Under the pieces are notes generated by a model, which made no database searches, had not been told where the DNA came from, and worked only from the letters and a program-made list of their open reading frames with translations. Positions 30,579-40,228 of a stretch of DNA of 64,000 bases are shown here, piece by piece (within the stretch, counting starts at the first letter, position 1; each line of letters begins with the position of its first letter). The position numbers and the translations under genes are program-made. The stretch is from Desulfurivibrionaceae bacterium (GTDB lineage Bacteria; Desulfobacterota; Desulfobulbia; Desulfobulbales; UBA5123), in NCBI GenBank assembly GCA_030145325.1, contig JAQYVW010000009.1:473-64472 (forward strand), written 5' to 3'.

Positions 30579-33436
30579 AAAAGGACGGTGCCCCCAACAT
30601 CAAGAAATCAATTTTCTTTCCCCTGGCCATCGTTCTGCTCACCCTATCTATCCTCTCTCTATCCGGACTCTTCTGGCTCCAAGAAACCCATATCCATAAT
30701 CAGATCAGGCAAAAGTTAGACAGCGTCCCTAAACTTCTCGATGTACTGGTGGGTGAAGAAGAAACCATCATCAAGGGACTATTTGTCCGCTTTGAACACT
30801 CCCCTGAGCTACAAAAAGCTTTTCTTAACGGCGACCGGAAGCAATTATTAGCTTCATCCCGGCCAATCTTTAAAGAATTTCTGGCCGCTCACGACATAAC
30901 CCACTTTTATTTCATTGACCGAGAAGGAAGATGTTTTCTTCGCGTCCATAACCCCGACCGCGAGGGTGACACCATAAACCGATGGTCATTTAATACCGCC
31001 CGCCAGTCTCAAAAGATCTCATCCGGCATCGAACTGGGGCCGTTGGGCACCCTTACTCTGCGGGTAGTCGCTCCCTGGCGCGTCAACGACAAGATAATCG
31101 GCTACCTTGAACTGGGTAAAGAAACCACCCTGCTCCTCCCCATGCTTAAAGACGCCTTAAATGTAGAATTGCTCTTTGCCGTTCGCAAAAACTTATTGAA
31201 CCATGATCAATGGCAGGAAGGACGCCGGATGATGGGCTACAGCGACAACTGGGAGGAATTAAGCAATCATGTCATCATCGCCTCCACCCGCCCAGATACG
31301 CCCAGCGACATCGACCCTTTTCTCCAACAAGAACACACCAGCCATAACAATTTCATCATCAGCACAACCATGGGTGATCTCCACTACGATGGAGGATTCA
31401 TCTCCCTTAAGGAAAGTTCTGGCCGTGAGATCGGCGAGATAATCGTTCTTCTAAATTTTAACGCCGAACGTCTTACCCTGCGCCACCTTTACCTATCTCT
31501 GGCCTTAGTCATTCTTACGGCCGGAATTATCCTTTCGATCCTTTTTTACCATTATCTCAACGGCATTGACGCCAGACTGAGTCTGGCTAGCAATCGTCTC
31601 AAGGAAGAGTTGCAAGAGCGCAAACTCACCGAAAAAGCTCTGGCCAGAGCGAAAATAGCTGCCGAAACCGCCAATCGGGCCAAGAGTCAATTTCTCGCCA
31701 GTATGAGCCACGAAATCCGCACCCCCATGAACGGCATCATCGGCATGACCGATCTGGCTCTCGCCACCGACCTCCAACCAGAACAACGTCACTACCTTGC
31801 CATTGTCCAAAACTCGGCAACCTCGCTACTGGGAATTATCAATGACATCCTTGATTTTTCAAAGATTGAGGCCGGCCAGCTGGTTCTGAGCAAAGAACCT
31901 TTCGACCTCCTTGAGGTGATTGAAAACACCCTGCAAACCGTAGCCACCCGGGGCCAGCAGAAAGGACTGGAACTCCTCTATCACCTCTCGCCCGAAGTTC
32001 CGACTATCCTTCGCGGCGATGGGATGCGTCTCCGCCAAATTCTCCTTAATCTGGTGGGCAACGCCATCAAGTTCACCAATGACGGCTATATCTTAATCAA
32101 GGTGGAAACAACCCACGATAGCGAGCACAGAGTCTTACTCCACCTCTCCGTTACGGACACCGGCATCGGCATCCCGAAAAGCAAACAACTCAACATCTTC
32201 AACAGTTTCACTCAGGCTGATGACTCTATTGCCCGCCTATACGGCGGCACCGGCTTGGGTCTAAGTATCTGCTGCAAGTTGGCAGGAATGATGGACGGCG
32301 AACTCTGGGTTGACAGCAAGACGGACAAGGGCAGCACCTTTCATGTTTCCGCCCAATTCGACAAGATCAATAAGGCTGCAGAGGAGACCCCGGAACAAGC
32401 CGCCCCGCCAACGACCTCCACCATCCTGCTCATTGATAATCTTGAGCTCAGCCGCAAAATTCTCCAGGAATTTCTATGTCACCACCACCTGCCCACCGAT
32501 ACCGCGGCTGACAGCAAAACGGCCCTCAAGGCATTACAAGGAGAAGGCAATCAATACCAGATCATCTTAATCAATCTAGCCAATCAGGGAGAAGAGAGTC
32601 CAGGGATCCTTGATAGCCTGGCGGCAGCCAAATTCACCACCATCCCGCTCATTGTCATGAGCGCCGCCGAATCTCTTGATCAACAAAGACGCTATCCAAA
32701 CCTTGCCATTCACTGGGTCTTGCCTAAACCGGTGGCACGGCGCGATCTGATGACTTTAATCAAAGCCACCCTGTCCCCGGAGAACCATTCGCTGTTGCTA
32801 GCCCCCTCTTCTTCCCCAAACCTCGACATCATGACCACCACGAACTCGCCCCTCAACCTCCTACTGGTAGAAGATAATGAAATAAACCGAGAACTTGCCC
32901 AAATCGTCCTCAAACGAGGTGGGCATCGTGTCACCTCGGCGACTAACGGCGTGGAAGCATTGCAAGAACTTGCCAGCCATGGTTTCGATGCCATCCTGAT
33001 GGATATTCAGATGCCGAAAATGGACGGTTTAACGGCCAGCAGAATCATTCGCCAGTGTGAAAAAGGGGCAGTAGGGGAAGGAAAAGATTCCGCATTAATC
33101 AAGAGGGTACGCAGAAAGCTCAAGGGATCCAAGACCCCGATCATCGCCATGACCGCCCACGCCATGGCCGGTGCCCAGGATCAGTGCCTTGAGGCCGGAA
33201 TGGATCATTACGTCACCAAACCATTCCAAGCTCGAGAAGTGCTGGCCGTTTTACAGGAAGTAAGCAGTGGCAAAAAGCATATCCCCCCCCCAGAGTCTCG
33301 CCGTTGGCCGCATCGAGAAATGAACCACTTCCCACAGACAAACCCACCACCATCTCTCGCGCCAAGGTCAGAGAGCACATTAGTAACTCCTACCACATGG
33401 ACTCAAAAAAAATCAGCCATCTCCTGGATTCATTGA
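30566..33436 (+). CDS. Hybrid sensor histidine kinase (periplasmic PDC/Cache-like sensor, HisKA, HATPase, two receiver-like domains); its 3' end is probably frameshifted
   Basis: The H-box is [11 protein letters not shown], with N/G boxes ([15 protein letters not shown]). There is a degenerate first REC and a canonical second REC ([10 protein letters not shown]...DIQMPKMDG...TKP). The last ~48 codons after the C9 run at 33283-33291 read as low-complexity junk. Confidence 0.85.
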   Translation: MPMLKKDGAPNIKKSIFFPLAIVLLTLSILSLSGLFWLQETHIHNQIRQKLDSVPKLLDVLVGEEETIIKGLFVRFEHSPELQKAFLNGDRKQLLASSRPIFKEFLAAHDITHFYFIDREGRCFLRVHNPDREGDTINRWSFNTARQSQKISSGIELGPLGTLTLRVVAPWRVNDKIIGYLELGKETTLLLPMLKDALNVELLFAVRKNLLNHDQWQEGRRMMGYSDNWEELSNHVIIASTRPDTPSDIDPFLQQEHTSHNNFIISTTMGDLHYDGGFISLKESSGREIGEIIVLLNFNAERLTLRHLYLSLALVILTAGIILSILFYHYLNGIDARLSLASNRLKEELQERKLTEKALARAKIAAETANRAKSQFLASMSHEIRTPMNGIIGMTDLALATDLQPEQRHYLAIVQNSATSLLGIINDILDFSKIEAGQLVLSKEPFDLLEVIENTLQTVATRGQQKGLELLYHLSPEVPTILRGDGMRLRQILLNLVGNAIKFTNDGYILIKVETTHDSEHRVLLHLSVTDTGIGIPKSKQLNIFNSFTQADDSIARLYGGTGLGLSICCKLAGMMDGELWVDSKTDKGSTFHVSAQFDKINKAAEETPEQAAPPTTSTILLIDNLELSRKILQEFLCHHHLPTDTAADSKTALKALQGEGNQYQIILINLANQGEESPGILDSLAAAKFTTIPLIVMSAAESLDQQRRYPNLAIHWVLPKPVARRDLMTLIKATLSPENHSLLLAPSSSPNLDIMTTTNSPLNLLLVEDNEINRELAQIVLKRGGHRVTSATNGVEALQELASHGFDAILMDIQMPKMDGLTASRIIRQCEKGAVGEGKDSALIKRVRRKLKGSKTPIIAMTAHAMAGAQDQCLEAGMDHYVTKPFQAREVLAVLQEVSSGKKHIPPPESRRWPHREMNHFPQTNPPPSLAPRSESTLVTPTTWTQKKSAISWIH

Positions 33437-33669
33437 AAGAAAACCTCGAAGGATATCTTGTGGCCGCAGAAAAAGCGGCAGCCGAAAATGATCTCGACAG
33501 TTTGCGCCTCTCAATCCACAGCATCAAGGGCGTGTTGCTTAATCTCGGCCAGGAAGAGTGCGCCGCCTACCTGCTCACCATCGAAAAAGATGCTCAGGGC
33601 GAAAAAACAAACACCAATTACACAAAAATGCTGGCCGTCCTCCGCACCATCTTACGCCCACTACTCTAA
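33304..33669 (+). CDS. Hpt phosphotransfer domain ORF (probably the displaced C-terminus of the preceding hybrid kinase)
   Basis: It has the Hpt signature ([16 protein letters not shown]). The ORF-track start is TTG and the ORF overlaps the kinase ORF by 133 nt in another frame. Adding one C to the C9 tract fuses the two ORFs. Confidence 0.75.
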   Translation: MAASRNEPLPTDKPTTISRAKVREHISNSYHMDSKKISHLLDSLKENLEGYLVAAEKAAAENDLDSLRLSIHSIKGVLLNLGQEECAAYLLTIEKDAQGEKTNTNYTKMLAVLRTILRPLL

Positions 33670-33786
33670 ATCCGCTCTAACCAGCTTAGGTTAAAGATAC
33701 TTGCCAAATAGTTCATCAGCGCTACTCCACGCGTTGCCGCCCAAAGCAAAAGTAAACAGTTTCGGCAAACCATAGCGACAAAAAAA

Positions 33787-33820
33787 GGGGGAGCACCACC
33801 TCAACCCGGCGATGCTCCCC
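33787..33820. terminator. Bidirectional Rho-independent terminator between convergent genes
   Basis: GGGGAGCA (33787-33794) pairs with TGCTCCCC (33813-33820). It is flanked by an A-run on the left and a T-rich stretch on the right, so either strand sees a stem followed by a U-run. Confidence 0.65.
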
Positions 33821-33851
33821 TTCTTTATCTTTGCTTAGCTGTGACCAAAGT

Positions 33852-34592
33852 CTAGCGACGATCACCCATCAGCCGCAAGAGGCTCAAAAACAGATTGATG
33901 AAATCAAGATAGAGAGCCAACGCACCCATGATCGCACCCTTACGGATAACAGCCTCACCGCCGTTCATAATCCCGCTGCCACCGATGCGTTGGATCTTCT
34001 GGACATCGTAAGCAGTCAGGCCGGTGAAGACCACCACCCCAATAGCGGAGATCACCCAAGACATCATGGAACTGCCGATGAAGATATTGACCACCGAGGC
34101 AATAACCATCCCGATGAGCCCCATGAAGAGAAAGGAACCCATACCAGTAAGATCCTTTTTGGTAACGGTGCCGTAAACAGCCATGGTCGCAAACATGCCG
34201 CCAGCGACAAAAAAGGTGCTGGCCACCGAGGTGGCGGTGTACATGAGCAGAATGGCGGAAAGGGTCGCGCCGTTCAATACCGAATAAGCGATGAAAAGAC
34301 CGGTGGCGGCCTGGGCGGAAATCTTCTCAATACGGGCGGAAAGGTAAAGAACCATCCCCAGTTCACCGAAGATCAACCCATAAAAAACGATCCGGTTACC
34401 GAAGATCATCTGCTGGGCAGCGGAGGAGTTAAAAACCAAAAAGGCGGTAAAACCAGTCAACCCAAGACCGATGGCCATCCAATTAAAAACCTTGGCGAGA
34501 AACATGGTCGAGGCTTCGATATTAGCCCCGCTCAACGCCGTTTGTTGCTTTCCTTGAAATTGGTACATGTTCTTTCCCTCCTGAGAAATCAA
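33852..34592 (-). CDS. Bax inhibitor-1 / YccA family membrane protein
   Basis: It has seven hydrophobic segments and a family-typical N-terminus (...FLAKVFNWMAIGLGLTG) and C-terminus (LALYLDFINLFL.LLR). Confidence 0.8.
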   Translation of the reverse strand: MISQEGKNMYQFQGKQQTALSGANIEASTMFLAKVFNWMAIGLGLTGFTAFLVFNSSAAQQMIFGNRIVFYGLIFGELGMVLYLSARIEKISAQAATGLFIAYSVLNGATLSAILLMYTATSVASTFFVAGGMFATMAVYGTVTKKDLTGMGSFLFMGLIGMVIASVVNIFIGSSMMSWVISAIGVVVFTGLTAYDVQKIQRIGGSGIMNGGEAVIRKGAIMGALALYLDFINLFLSLLRLMGDRR

Positions 34593-34670
34593 CCTCTCAA
34601 CTTCTTTTATTAAATAATGCTCCTCAACCGGTAAAGACCCGCGAAGGCAGATTTTGTTCCATAATTTGCA

Positions 34671-35729
34671 TTATTCACTGGACATCAAAATCGCCGCCGG
34701 GCGGGTTACCTCCAGCTGTTCACAAGCAATCTTAATCGCAGCAGTGAGCGGCACAGCTATCAGCATCCCGACGATTCCCCACATCCACCCCCAAAAGAGC
34801 AGGGACAACAACACCACCAGAGGGCTTAGGTTAAGCCCCTTCCCCATCAAACGCGGCTCAAAGATGTTGCCCACCACTAACTGCACCGCCACCAAAGCCA
34901 GCGCCACCAAGAATGCGCTGAGAAGGGAGCCCGTTTGAAATAGGGCCACCGCCACCGGCGGCAAGGTCGCAACCACCGAGCCGATATTAGGAATAAAGTT
35001 GAGCAAGAAGGTCAAGACCGCCCAGAGAAAGGCAAAGGGCACACCAAAAATTTTCAGGATCACTCCCACCAGTAAGCCGGTCAACAGACTGAGGAAGATT
35101 TTCAGGCCAAGATATTGCTGCACCGCCTGATTCACCCGCGCCAGGGCAGCCAAGACGGTAACCGCCCTTTCGTCCCCCAAACCGCGCACCAGACGCTTGG
35201 TCATACTTTCCCGCTCAGCCAGCATAAAGACCATAAAAAGCAACACCCAAAAAGCATTACCCAGAAAGGAGAAAAAAGAGACCCCAACCTGCCCCATCAT
35301 CGAACCCAGCGGCTTCAAATCGGCATGGCGAAAATTATCAGCAAAGGCGGCAAACATCTGCTGCGCCTCCTGCCGGTTAATTTTCAGATTGGTCAAGACA
35401 CTGTCAGCATAACCCCAAAAGATAGCCTCAAACCCAGGCAACCGTTCCTGTAGTTCAATGAGGTTAGCCTGTAACAAGCGCCCCAGCAGATAAAAAACAA
35501 AGGCGGCGCAAAGCACCACCAGCAAGATCCGTAACCCCACCGGCACCCGCAGCCGTTGCAGTAATTCCATTGGCAAGCCCAGCGCATAACAGCAAAGAAG
35601 CGCCACCGACAGGGGCACAAACAAAAAAGCCAAGGTCTTCAGCACCACCGCCGTCATCAACAATAACGCCAACCAAGACGTAATCGTGATCAACCGAGGG
35701 GAAGTCGGCAAGGCAAGATCAGACCCCAT
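34671..35729 (-). CDS. AI-2E family transporter (PerM/YhhT, UPF0118)
   Basis: It is a polytopic membrane protein with the conserved C-terminal block (NFIPNIGS....P......G.........L...Q...GN...P...G..L.L.PL..L.SL.FWG...G..G...A.P). Confidence 0.8.
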   Translation of the reverse strand: MGSDLALPTSPRLITITSWLALLLMTAVVLKTLAFLFVPLSVALLCCYALGLPMELLQRLRVPVGLRILLVVLCAAFVFYLLGRLLQANLIELQERLPGFEAIFWGYADSVLTNLKINRQEAQQMFAAFADNFRHADLKPLGSMMGQVGVSFFSFLGNAFWVLLFMVFMLAERESMTKRLVRGLGDERAVTVLAALARVNQAVQQYLGLKIFLSLLTGLLVGVILKIFGVPFAFLWAVLTFLLNFIPNIGSVVATLPPVAVALFQTGSLLSAFLVALALVAVQLVVGNIFEPRLMGKGLNLSPLVVLLSLLFWGWMWGIVGMLIAVPLTAAIKIACEQLEVTRPAAILMSSE

Positions 35730-35774
35730 ACATCAACCCCGGTAAGCAGGAAGTCATCAGACCATGGACAAGAT

Positions 35775-36182
35775 TCATTGCACACCCTTGCTATTCAAGA
35801 AGGCGCTGTACTTCATGTCGGTACCGATAATATGTTTGTCCAGCCAATTTTTCAAAAAATTCATCACTTCAATGGTCATCGCCGCCTGCCCAGACTTAAA
35901 CTGGCGCTGGAGGTCAAGAACCTTGGCGGTCATCTTCACATGTTTATCCTTGTGATCCTGATACCCTTCATAACCATGGGTCTGTAACAACCCCTCTTCA
36001 AGGGCAAAATGGCTGGCGGCATAGGAAACAAGCTTATCAAGAATGGCGCCGAGGGCATCCTTGGCCTTACCCTGGGCCATGGCGTCGTTCAGTTCGTTGA
36101 TCATGTCAATCAAAACCTTATGCTGGTCATCAATTTGCTTAATTTTCACACTGTACGCATCTTTCCAAGTTAACAAGGCCAT
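35775..36182 (-). CDS. Bacteriohemerythrin
   Basis: It has W...YSV....ID.QHK.L......L and His/Asp/Glu iron ligands in the H...E / H....H / H....D spacing. Confidence 0.85.
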   Translation of the reverse strand: MALLTWKDAYSVKIKQIDDQHKVLIDMINELNDAMAQGKAKDALGAILDKLVSYAASHFALEEGLLQTHGYEGYQDHKDKHVKMTAKVLDLQRQFKSGQAAMTIEVMNFLKNWLDKHIIGTDMKYSAFLNSKGVQ

Positions 36183-36300
36183 ACCTTTCCTCCATACAAT
36201 TTTTGGTTAAAACAGGACAAGAATAAACGAATTAACTATATTCCCTCAAACAATGCCTAAGAGCAATAATTTTCGGCATCATTAACCGGAGAAAGACTAA

Positions 36301-36714
36301 TCAGCGCACCCCACGGGAAGTAAGAAAATCCCGGTATTCCATATCAGTGCCAAGAATATGCTGATCAAGCCATTGCAAGAGAAAATGCATAACGTCAATA
36401 CTCATTGCCACCCGCCCCTGACGAAAATCGTTCTGAAACGCCCGCACTTTGGCAGTCATCTGTTCATGCACCCTTTGGTGCGAAGCAGAACCGGCAAAAC
36501 CGTGTTCGTTCATCAACCGCTCTTCGGTAATGAAATGAGTGGCCGTATAGTTGACAAGTTGATCAAGAATCCCCTCAAGAACATTCTTGGCCCTTTCTGA
36601 GGCCATGGCATCATTGAGTTCATTCATTATCGCAAACATCCGTTGGTGCTGGGCGTCAATCTCACTGATGCCAACACTGTGTTTTTCCTTCCATTGTAAA
36701 AGAGACATCAACAA
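36301..36714 (-). CDS. Bacteriohemerythrin (paralogue)
   Basis: It shares the hemerythrin signature of the neighbouring gene (WKEKHSVGISEIDAQHQRMF...HF..EE..M). Confidence 0.85.
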   Translation of the reverse strand: MLMSLLQWKEKHSVGISEIDAQHQRMFAIMNELNDAMASERAKNVLEGILDQLVNYTATHFITEERLMNEHGFAGSASHQRVHEQMTAKVRAFQNDFRQGRVAMSIDVMHFLLQWLDQHILGTDMEYRDFLTSRGVR

Positions 36715-36743
36715 CTCCTGCTTATTATTTTGTTAAAGATAAA

Positions 36744-36926
36744 ACGTAACTACACATAAGGTCGCGACCTTATTTCCTCGCCACCTACAACTACAACTGC
36801 TTGCGGGGTGGCGGAGATTCAAGACATCGTCCTGCGAACAGGTAAACGACCGAAGGGAGACTCCGATACCTCGGGAGGTGAGCAAGCCGCTAATACAGCA
36901 TACTCGGTACCCTGTGAGCAGTTACG
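36744..36926 (+). repeat. Family-A intergenic inverted-repeat element, copy 2 (core stem about 36794-36814 / 36903-36926)
   Basis: The right arm CTCGGTACCCTGTGAGCAGTTACG is nearly identical to copies 1 and 3. The left arm is CAACTGCTTGCGGGGTGGCGG. Upstream is the perfect palindrome ATAAGGTCGCGACCTTAT followed by CCTTATTTCC, as in copy 1. Confidence 0.7.
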
Positions 36927-36932
36927 ATAAAA

Positions 36933-37700
36933 CTATAAGGTGACCGTCTCACCCGGCTCCGGTAGCCATACCTTGCAGGTGGAAAGTGATCGGGCCAAAT
37001 ACTTTTCAATTTCGCGGTGGGCAAGCAACCGTTCTTCCCGTTGGATATGCAACAAAGCCAGGGAAGGCAAACCAATCCTCGCCGCCATCTCAAGGCACCC
37101 TTTAATACTTCCATGGCCCGGAGTATCACCGGCAAGACCATAAGCCTCATGCACCGCAAGGGCGCATCCACTAGCCAACTCTTCGCTGGCCGGGGTTGAT
37201 CGCCCATCACCACTGTAGAAAAAAGATTGCTCTGAATTATCGAGGCGCAGCGCCAAAGCGCGTTGCGAGTGGAGGCCGACAGCAGTCCGCCACTGAAACC
37301 CAGCCACCTCCACCATGACACCCGGCTCCACCTCGCGGAACTGTAACGGATAATGCATCCTCGCCGCAAAATTGGGATATGCAAGATCCAGTGCTTGCCG
37401 GACCTTTGTTTTTACCCCAGCTGGCCCCAAAATATACAATGGCTTGCGGCGTTCCATCTCCCATAAGCGCATGAGCAGCAGAGGAATCCCAAAAAAATGA
37501 TCGCCATGAAAATGGGAAATCCAGACGGCGTCAAGATCCCCGGCCCCAGGCTGGCTGGCAAAATATTGATGCGGCACCGTAAAACCACAATCAAGAAGCA
37601 ACTGTCGCCCATGCCCGCCCATTTTCGACTGAACCAGCAAGGATGTATTGGGATAAAGAGAATCGCAGGCCTCACCGACCCCTAAAAAGGTAACTTTCAT
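36933..37700 (-). CDS. MBL-fold metallo-hydrolase (RNase Z-like)
   Basis: It has the HFHGDH metal-binding motif and MBL-type length and organisation. Confidence 0.75.
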   Translation of the reverse strand: MKVTFLGVGEACDSLYPNTSLLVQSKMGGHGRQLLLDCGFTVPHQYFASQPGAGDLDAVWISHFHGDHFFGIPLLLMRLWEMERRKPLYILGPAGVKTKVRQALDLAYPNFAARMHYPLQFREVEPGVMVEVAGFQWRTAVGLHSQRALALRLDNSEQSFFYSGDGRSTPASEELASGCALAVHEAYGLAGDTPGHGSIKGCLEMAARIGLPSLALLHIQREERLLAHREIEKYLARSLSTCKVWLPEPGETVTL

Positions 37701-38044
37701 CTTGCCTCATTTATCGTAATCCTGACAATACAGAATTGTAATTGTACCATGAAGTAGTAGATGGTGAAACGGTTAAACAGCAAGTAAACTCTCAGCCTGA
37801 CCACCATTACCCTAGGTACTAGCATCATATTGATTGCCAATAAAATCAGCCACAAGGCAAATCAAACAATATTGTCTTTTATTATCATGCGCTCTTTAAT
37901 TATCGGTATAAAATATAAATTTAATTGAACTATTCACCTTTCCATGTCTAATATATGCCCTACAAGGTTAAAGGACACCACCAGGGTGATAGTACCACCA
38001 CTACAACATCCCCGGAACATGATGTTTGGATATCGAGACAGAAA

Positions 38045-38199
38045 TTAACTAGTGTCTGTCCATAAATGAGGATTTTTGTCGTAGATTAAGGATTGCGAAA
38101 AAAATAAGCACAGGCATATACATGATATTCCGAGCATTATTTTTTTCGCATGACGCAGAGATACGGCAAAAAGACCATTTATGGACAGGCACTAACTAA
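38045..38199. mobile_element. Family-B 155-bp near-perfect palindromic element (REPIN/MITE-like)
   Basis: The left arm TTAACTAGTGTCTGTCCATAAATGAGGATTTTTGTCGTA (38045-38083) matches the reverse complement of ATACGGCAAAAAGACCATTTATGGACAGGCACTAACTAA (38161-38199). An inner pair, TGCGAAAAAAATAA / TTATTTTTTTCGCA, is also present. A solo arm occurs at 63191-63227. Confidence 0.6.
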
Positions 38200-38279
38200 A
38201 TTGACCACAAAGCATGACCATCGCCGACCTTACGGATTCTTCTGTATTTAAAAGACGTTAAACCTTTTTATAAATAGCC

Positions 38280-39572
38280 ATGCAGCCAAAAGATATCAAA
38301 CCAATCATTAAACCATTTTCTATCCCGGAAAAGTCAGATTTCGACATCCTCATTGTCGACGATGAATTCGTTAACCGGTTCCTGCTTAAGGATATTCTGG
38401 AACAGGACGGTTATCGAACCCACGAGGCAAACAATGGCACCGAGGCCCTTGCCGCTGCCATCAACAACAAAACGGATCTGATTCTGATGGATATCATGAT
38501 GCCGGACATGGATGGCTATGAAACCTGCCGACGGTTGAAGGAAGACCCGTGCACCGCCAACATCCCGGTTATCTTCGTTACCGCCCTCACCGATACTGAA
38601 AATTTGGTCAAGGGATTCTCCGTCGGCGCTGAAGACTACCTGGGCAAACCAATTAAGGACGGTGAGGTAAAGGCCAGGGTGCAAACACACCTGAAACTGA
38701 AAGCCGCCATGGACAAGATCTCTCACTATAATGAAGAACTGGAACAGGTGGTGGCGGAAAGCTCCAAAGAGTTGATCCGCACTGAACGGCAAGCCGCCTT
38801 TGGACAACTCATCCAGGGAATCGTCCATAATCTCAAAGGACCGCTGACCACCATTCGGGGCAGTGCCCAGGCCTGCCGGGCCACGCTGCGGATGATTCGT
38901 ACCGAAATAGACGAGGCCGGAGAAACTCCCTTGCCCGACAACCCCAAAATCACCAAACTTACTGACGGGGCAATAAAGGCCATTGATCTTTCCGAAACCG
39001 CTTCCACTCGCCTCACGGAAATGATCAACTCACTGATGTCAAAAAGCAGCGCCGACCAGGCCAGCAAGCCGGAACGTCTTGACTTAAATACCATTGTCCG
39101 CTCGGAACTGAACTTCATGGAAGGTGATCTGCATTTCAAACACCATATCAAAAAGAATATCGAACTAACCCCTTCTCCGCTCCCGATCATGGCCATTGCC
39201 CCGGAAATAGCCCAGGTTTTCAATAATATAATCGGCAACGCCATTGATGCCATGCATGGCAATGTTGACCAGGCAATATCCATCTCCACAACGAAAAAAA
39301 ACCGGTATGCCAGTCTGTCGATTTCCGATACCGGCAACGGCATTGCCCCTGATAACCTTAACCGAATCTTCGACCCCTTTTTCACCACCAAACCGAAACA
39401 CAACAACGATACACCTCAAAAAAAGGGACCAATCGGCACCGGCTTAGGCCTTTACATGTGTATGCGATCAATAAAAACTATTAATGGCGACATTGTGGTT
39501 GAAAGTAAACCTGGCTCAGGCACGACCTTCAAAATTAAAATACCGCTGGCCGAGCCCATAGATATTTCGTGA
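38280..39572 (+). CDS. Receiver-histidine kinase fusion (REC-HisKA-HATPase)
   Basis: The N-terminal REC contains ILIVDDE...DIMMPDMDG...GKP. The H-box is IVHNLKGPL, followed by N/G boxes (IGNAIDAM, DTGNGI, GTGLGL). It is the first gene of the chemosensory cluster. Confidence 0.85.
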   Translation: MQPKDIKPIIKPFSIPEKSDFDILIVDDEFVNRFLLKDILEQDGYRTHEANNGTEALAAAINNKTDLILMDIMMPDMDGYETCRRLKEDPCTANIPVIFVTALTDTENLVKGFSVGAEDYLGKPIKDGEVKARVQTHLKLKAAMDKISHYNEELEQVVAESSKELIRTERQAAFGQLIQGIVHNLKGPLTTIRGSAQACRATLRMIRTEIDEAGETPLPDNPKITKLTDGAIKAIDLSETASTRLTEMINSLMSKSSADQASKPERLDLNTIVRSELNFMEGDLHFKHHIKKNIELTPSPLPIMAIAPEIAQVFNNIIGNAIDAMHGNVDQAISISTTKKNRYASLSISDTGNGIAPDNLNRIFDPFFTTKPKHNNDTPQKKGPIGTGLGLYMCMRSIKTINGDIVVESKPGSGTTFKIKIPLAEPIDIS

Positions 39573-39651
39573 CCGGCAACGACGAAGATAAATAATTAAA
39601 AAGCAACTACTCACGGGGGCATGGCTAATTCTCCCAATATGAGCGTAATTT

Positions 39652-39758
39652 TAACTGTTTGCAGGGTGCCGGAGATGAAAGGCATCGTTCTGCGAAACAT
39701 ACATTGGTATGTGAGCAGGGCGATAACGCGGCAGATTCGGTACCCTGTGAGCAGTTAC
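39652..39758 (+). repeat. Family-A intergenic inverted-repeat element, copy 3 (minimal 107-nt form)
   Basis: TAACTGTTTGCAGGGTGCCG (39652-39671) pairs with CGGTACCCTGTGAGCAGTTA (39738-39757) over 20 bp. All four non-Watson-Crick pairs are G-T on the + strand. There is also an internal ACATAC/GTATGT hairpin. Confidence 0.75.
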
Positions 39759-39793
39759 ATTAAAAAAATTCACCTCGGGACAAAGAGGAGCAG

Positions 39794-40225
39794 ATGATGG
39801 CTGAGAAACGCAAGAAATACAAAATACTGATCGTCGATGATGATCAAAACATCCTGAACATGCTGGATCTGGCGTTCATTAATACGTCCTACGATATCAC
39901 CACCATCGATCACCCCTTACACGCTTACAAAATGATCGAAAACGAACATTACGACATGGTGATCAGCGATATCCAGATGCCACAGATGGACGGCCTGACC
40001 CTGCTCCGCAAGATCAAAAACTTTAACGGTATGATCCAGGTTGTGATGATGACCGCCCACATTTCCATCAGCAACACCCTGGACGCCTTTCGCTACGGCG
40101 CGGTGGATATATTTTTTAAACCGTTCGCGGATATCAATGAAATCATTCTCGCCGCCGACGGGGTGGCTGCAAAACTGGACAGGGTAAACAACATCTTACG
40201 CCAGCTAACCGATGGAGACAGATAA
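39794..40225 (+). CDS. Single-domain CheY-like response regulator
   Basis: It is a 143-aa REC domain (ILIVDDD...DIQMPQMDG...FKP). Its stop codon is 3 nt before the start of CheA-1. Confidence 0.85.
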   Translation: MMAEKRKKYKILIVDDDQNILNMLDLAFINTSYDITTIDHPLHAYKMIENEHYDMVISDIQMPQMDGLTLLRKIKNFNGMIQVVMMTAHISISNTLDAFRYGAVDIFFKPFADINEIILAADGVAAKLDRVNNILRQLTDGDR

Positions 40226-40228
40226 GCC

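Noticed and set aside
33831-34613. 260-aa + strand ORF covering the BI-1 gene
   Set aside because: It is antisense to a clear seven-TM BI-1/YccA protein. Its product is a low-complexity G/H/K/D-rich string typical of an antisense frame of a hydrophobic gene.
38726-39406. 226-aa minus-strand ORF inside the REC-HK gene
   Set aside because: It is antisense to a gene with clear REC, H-box and G-box motifs.
22938-39758. Whether the family-A repeats could be a CRISPR array or its leader
   Set aside because: The copies lie 13.6 kb and 2.7 kb apart, are long hairpins rather than short direct repeats with spacers, and no cas genes are present.
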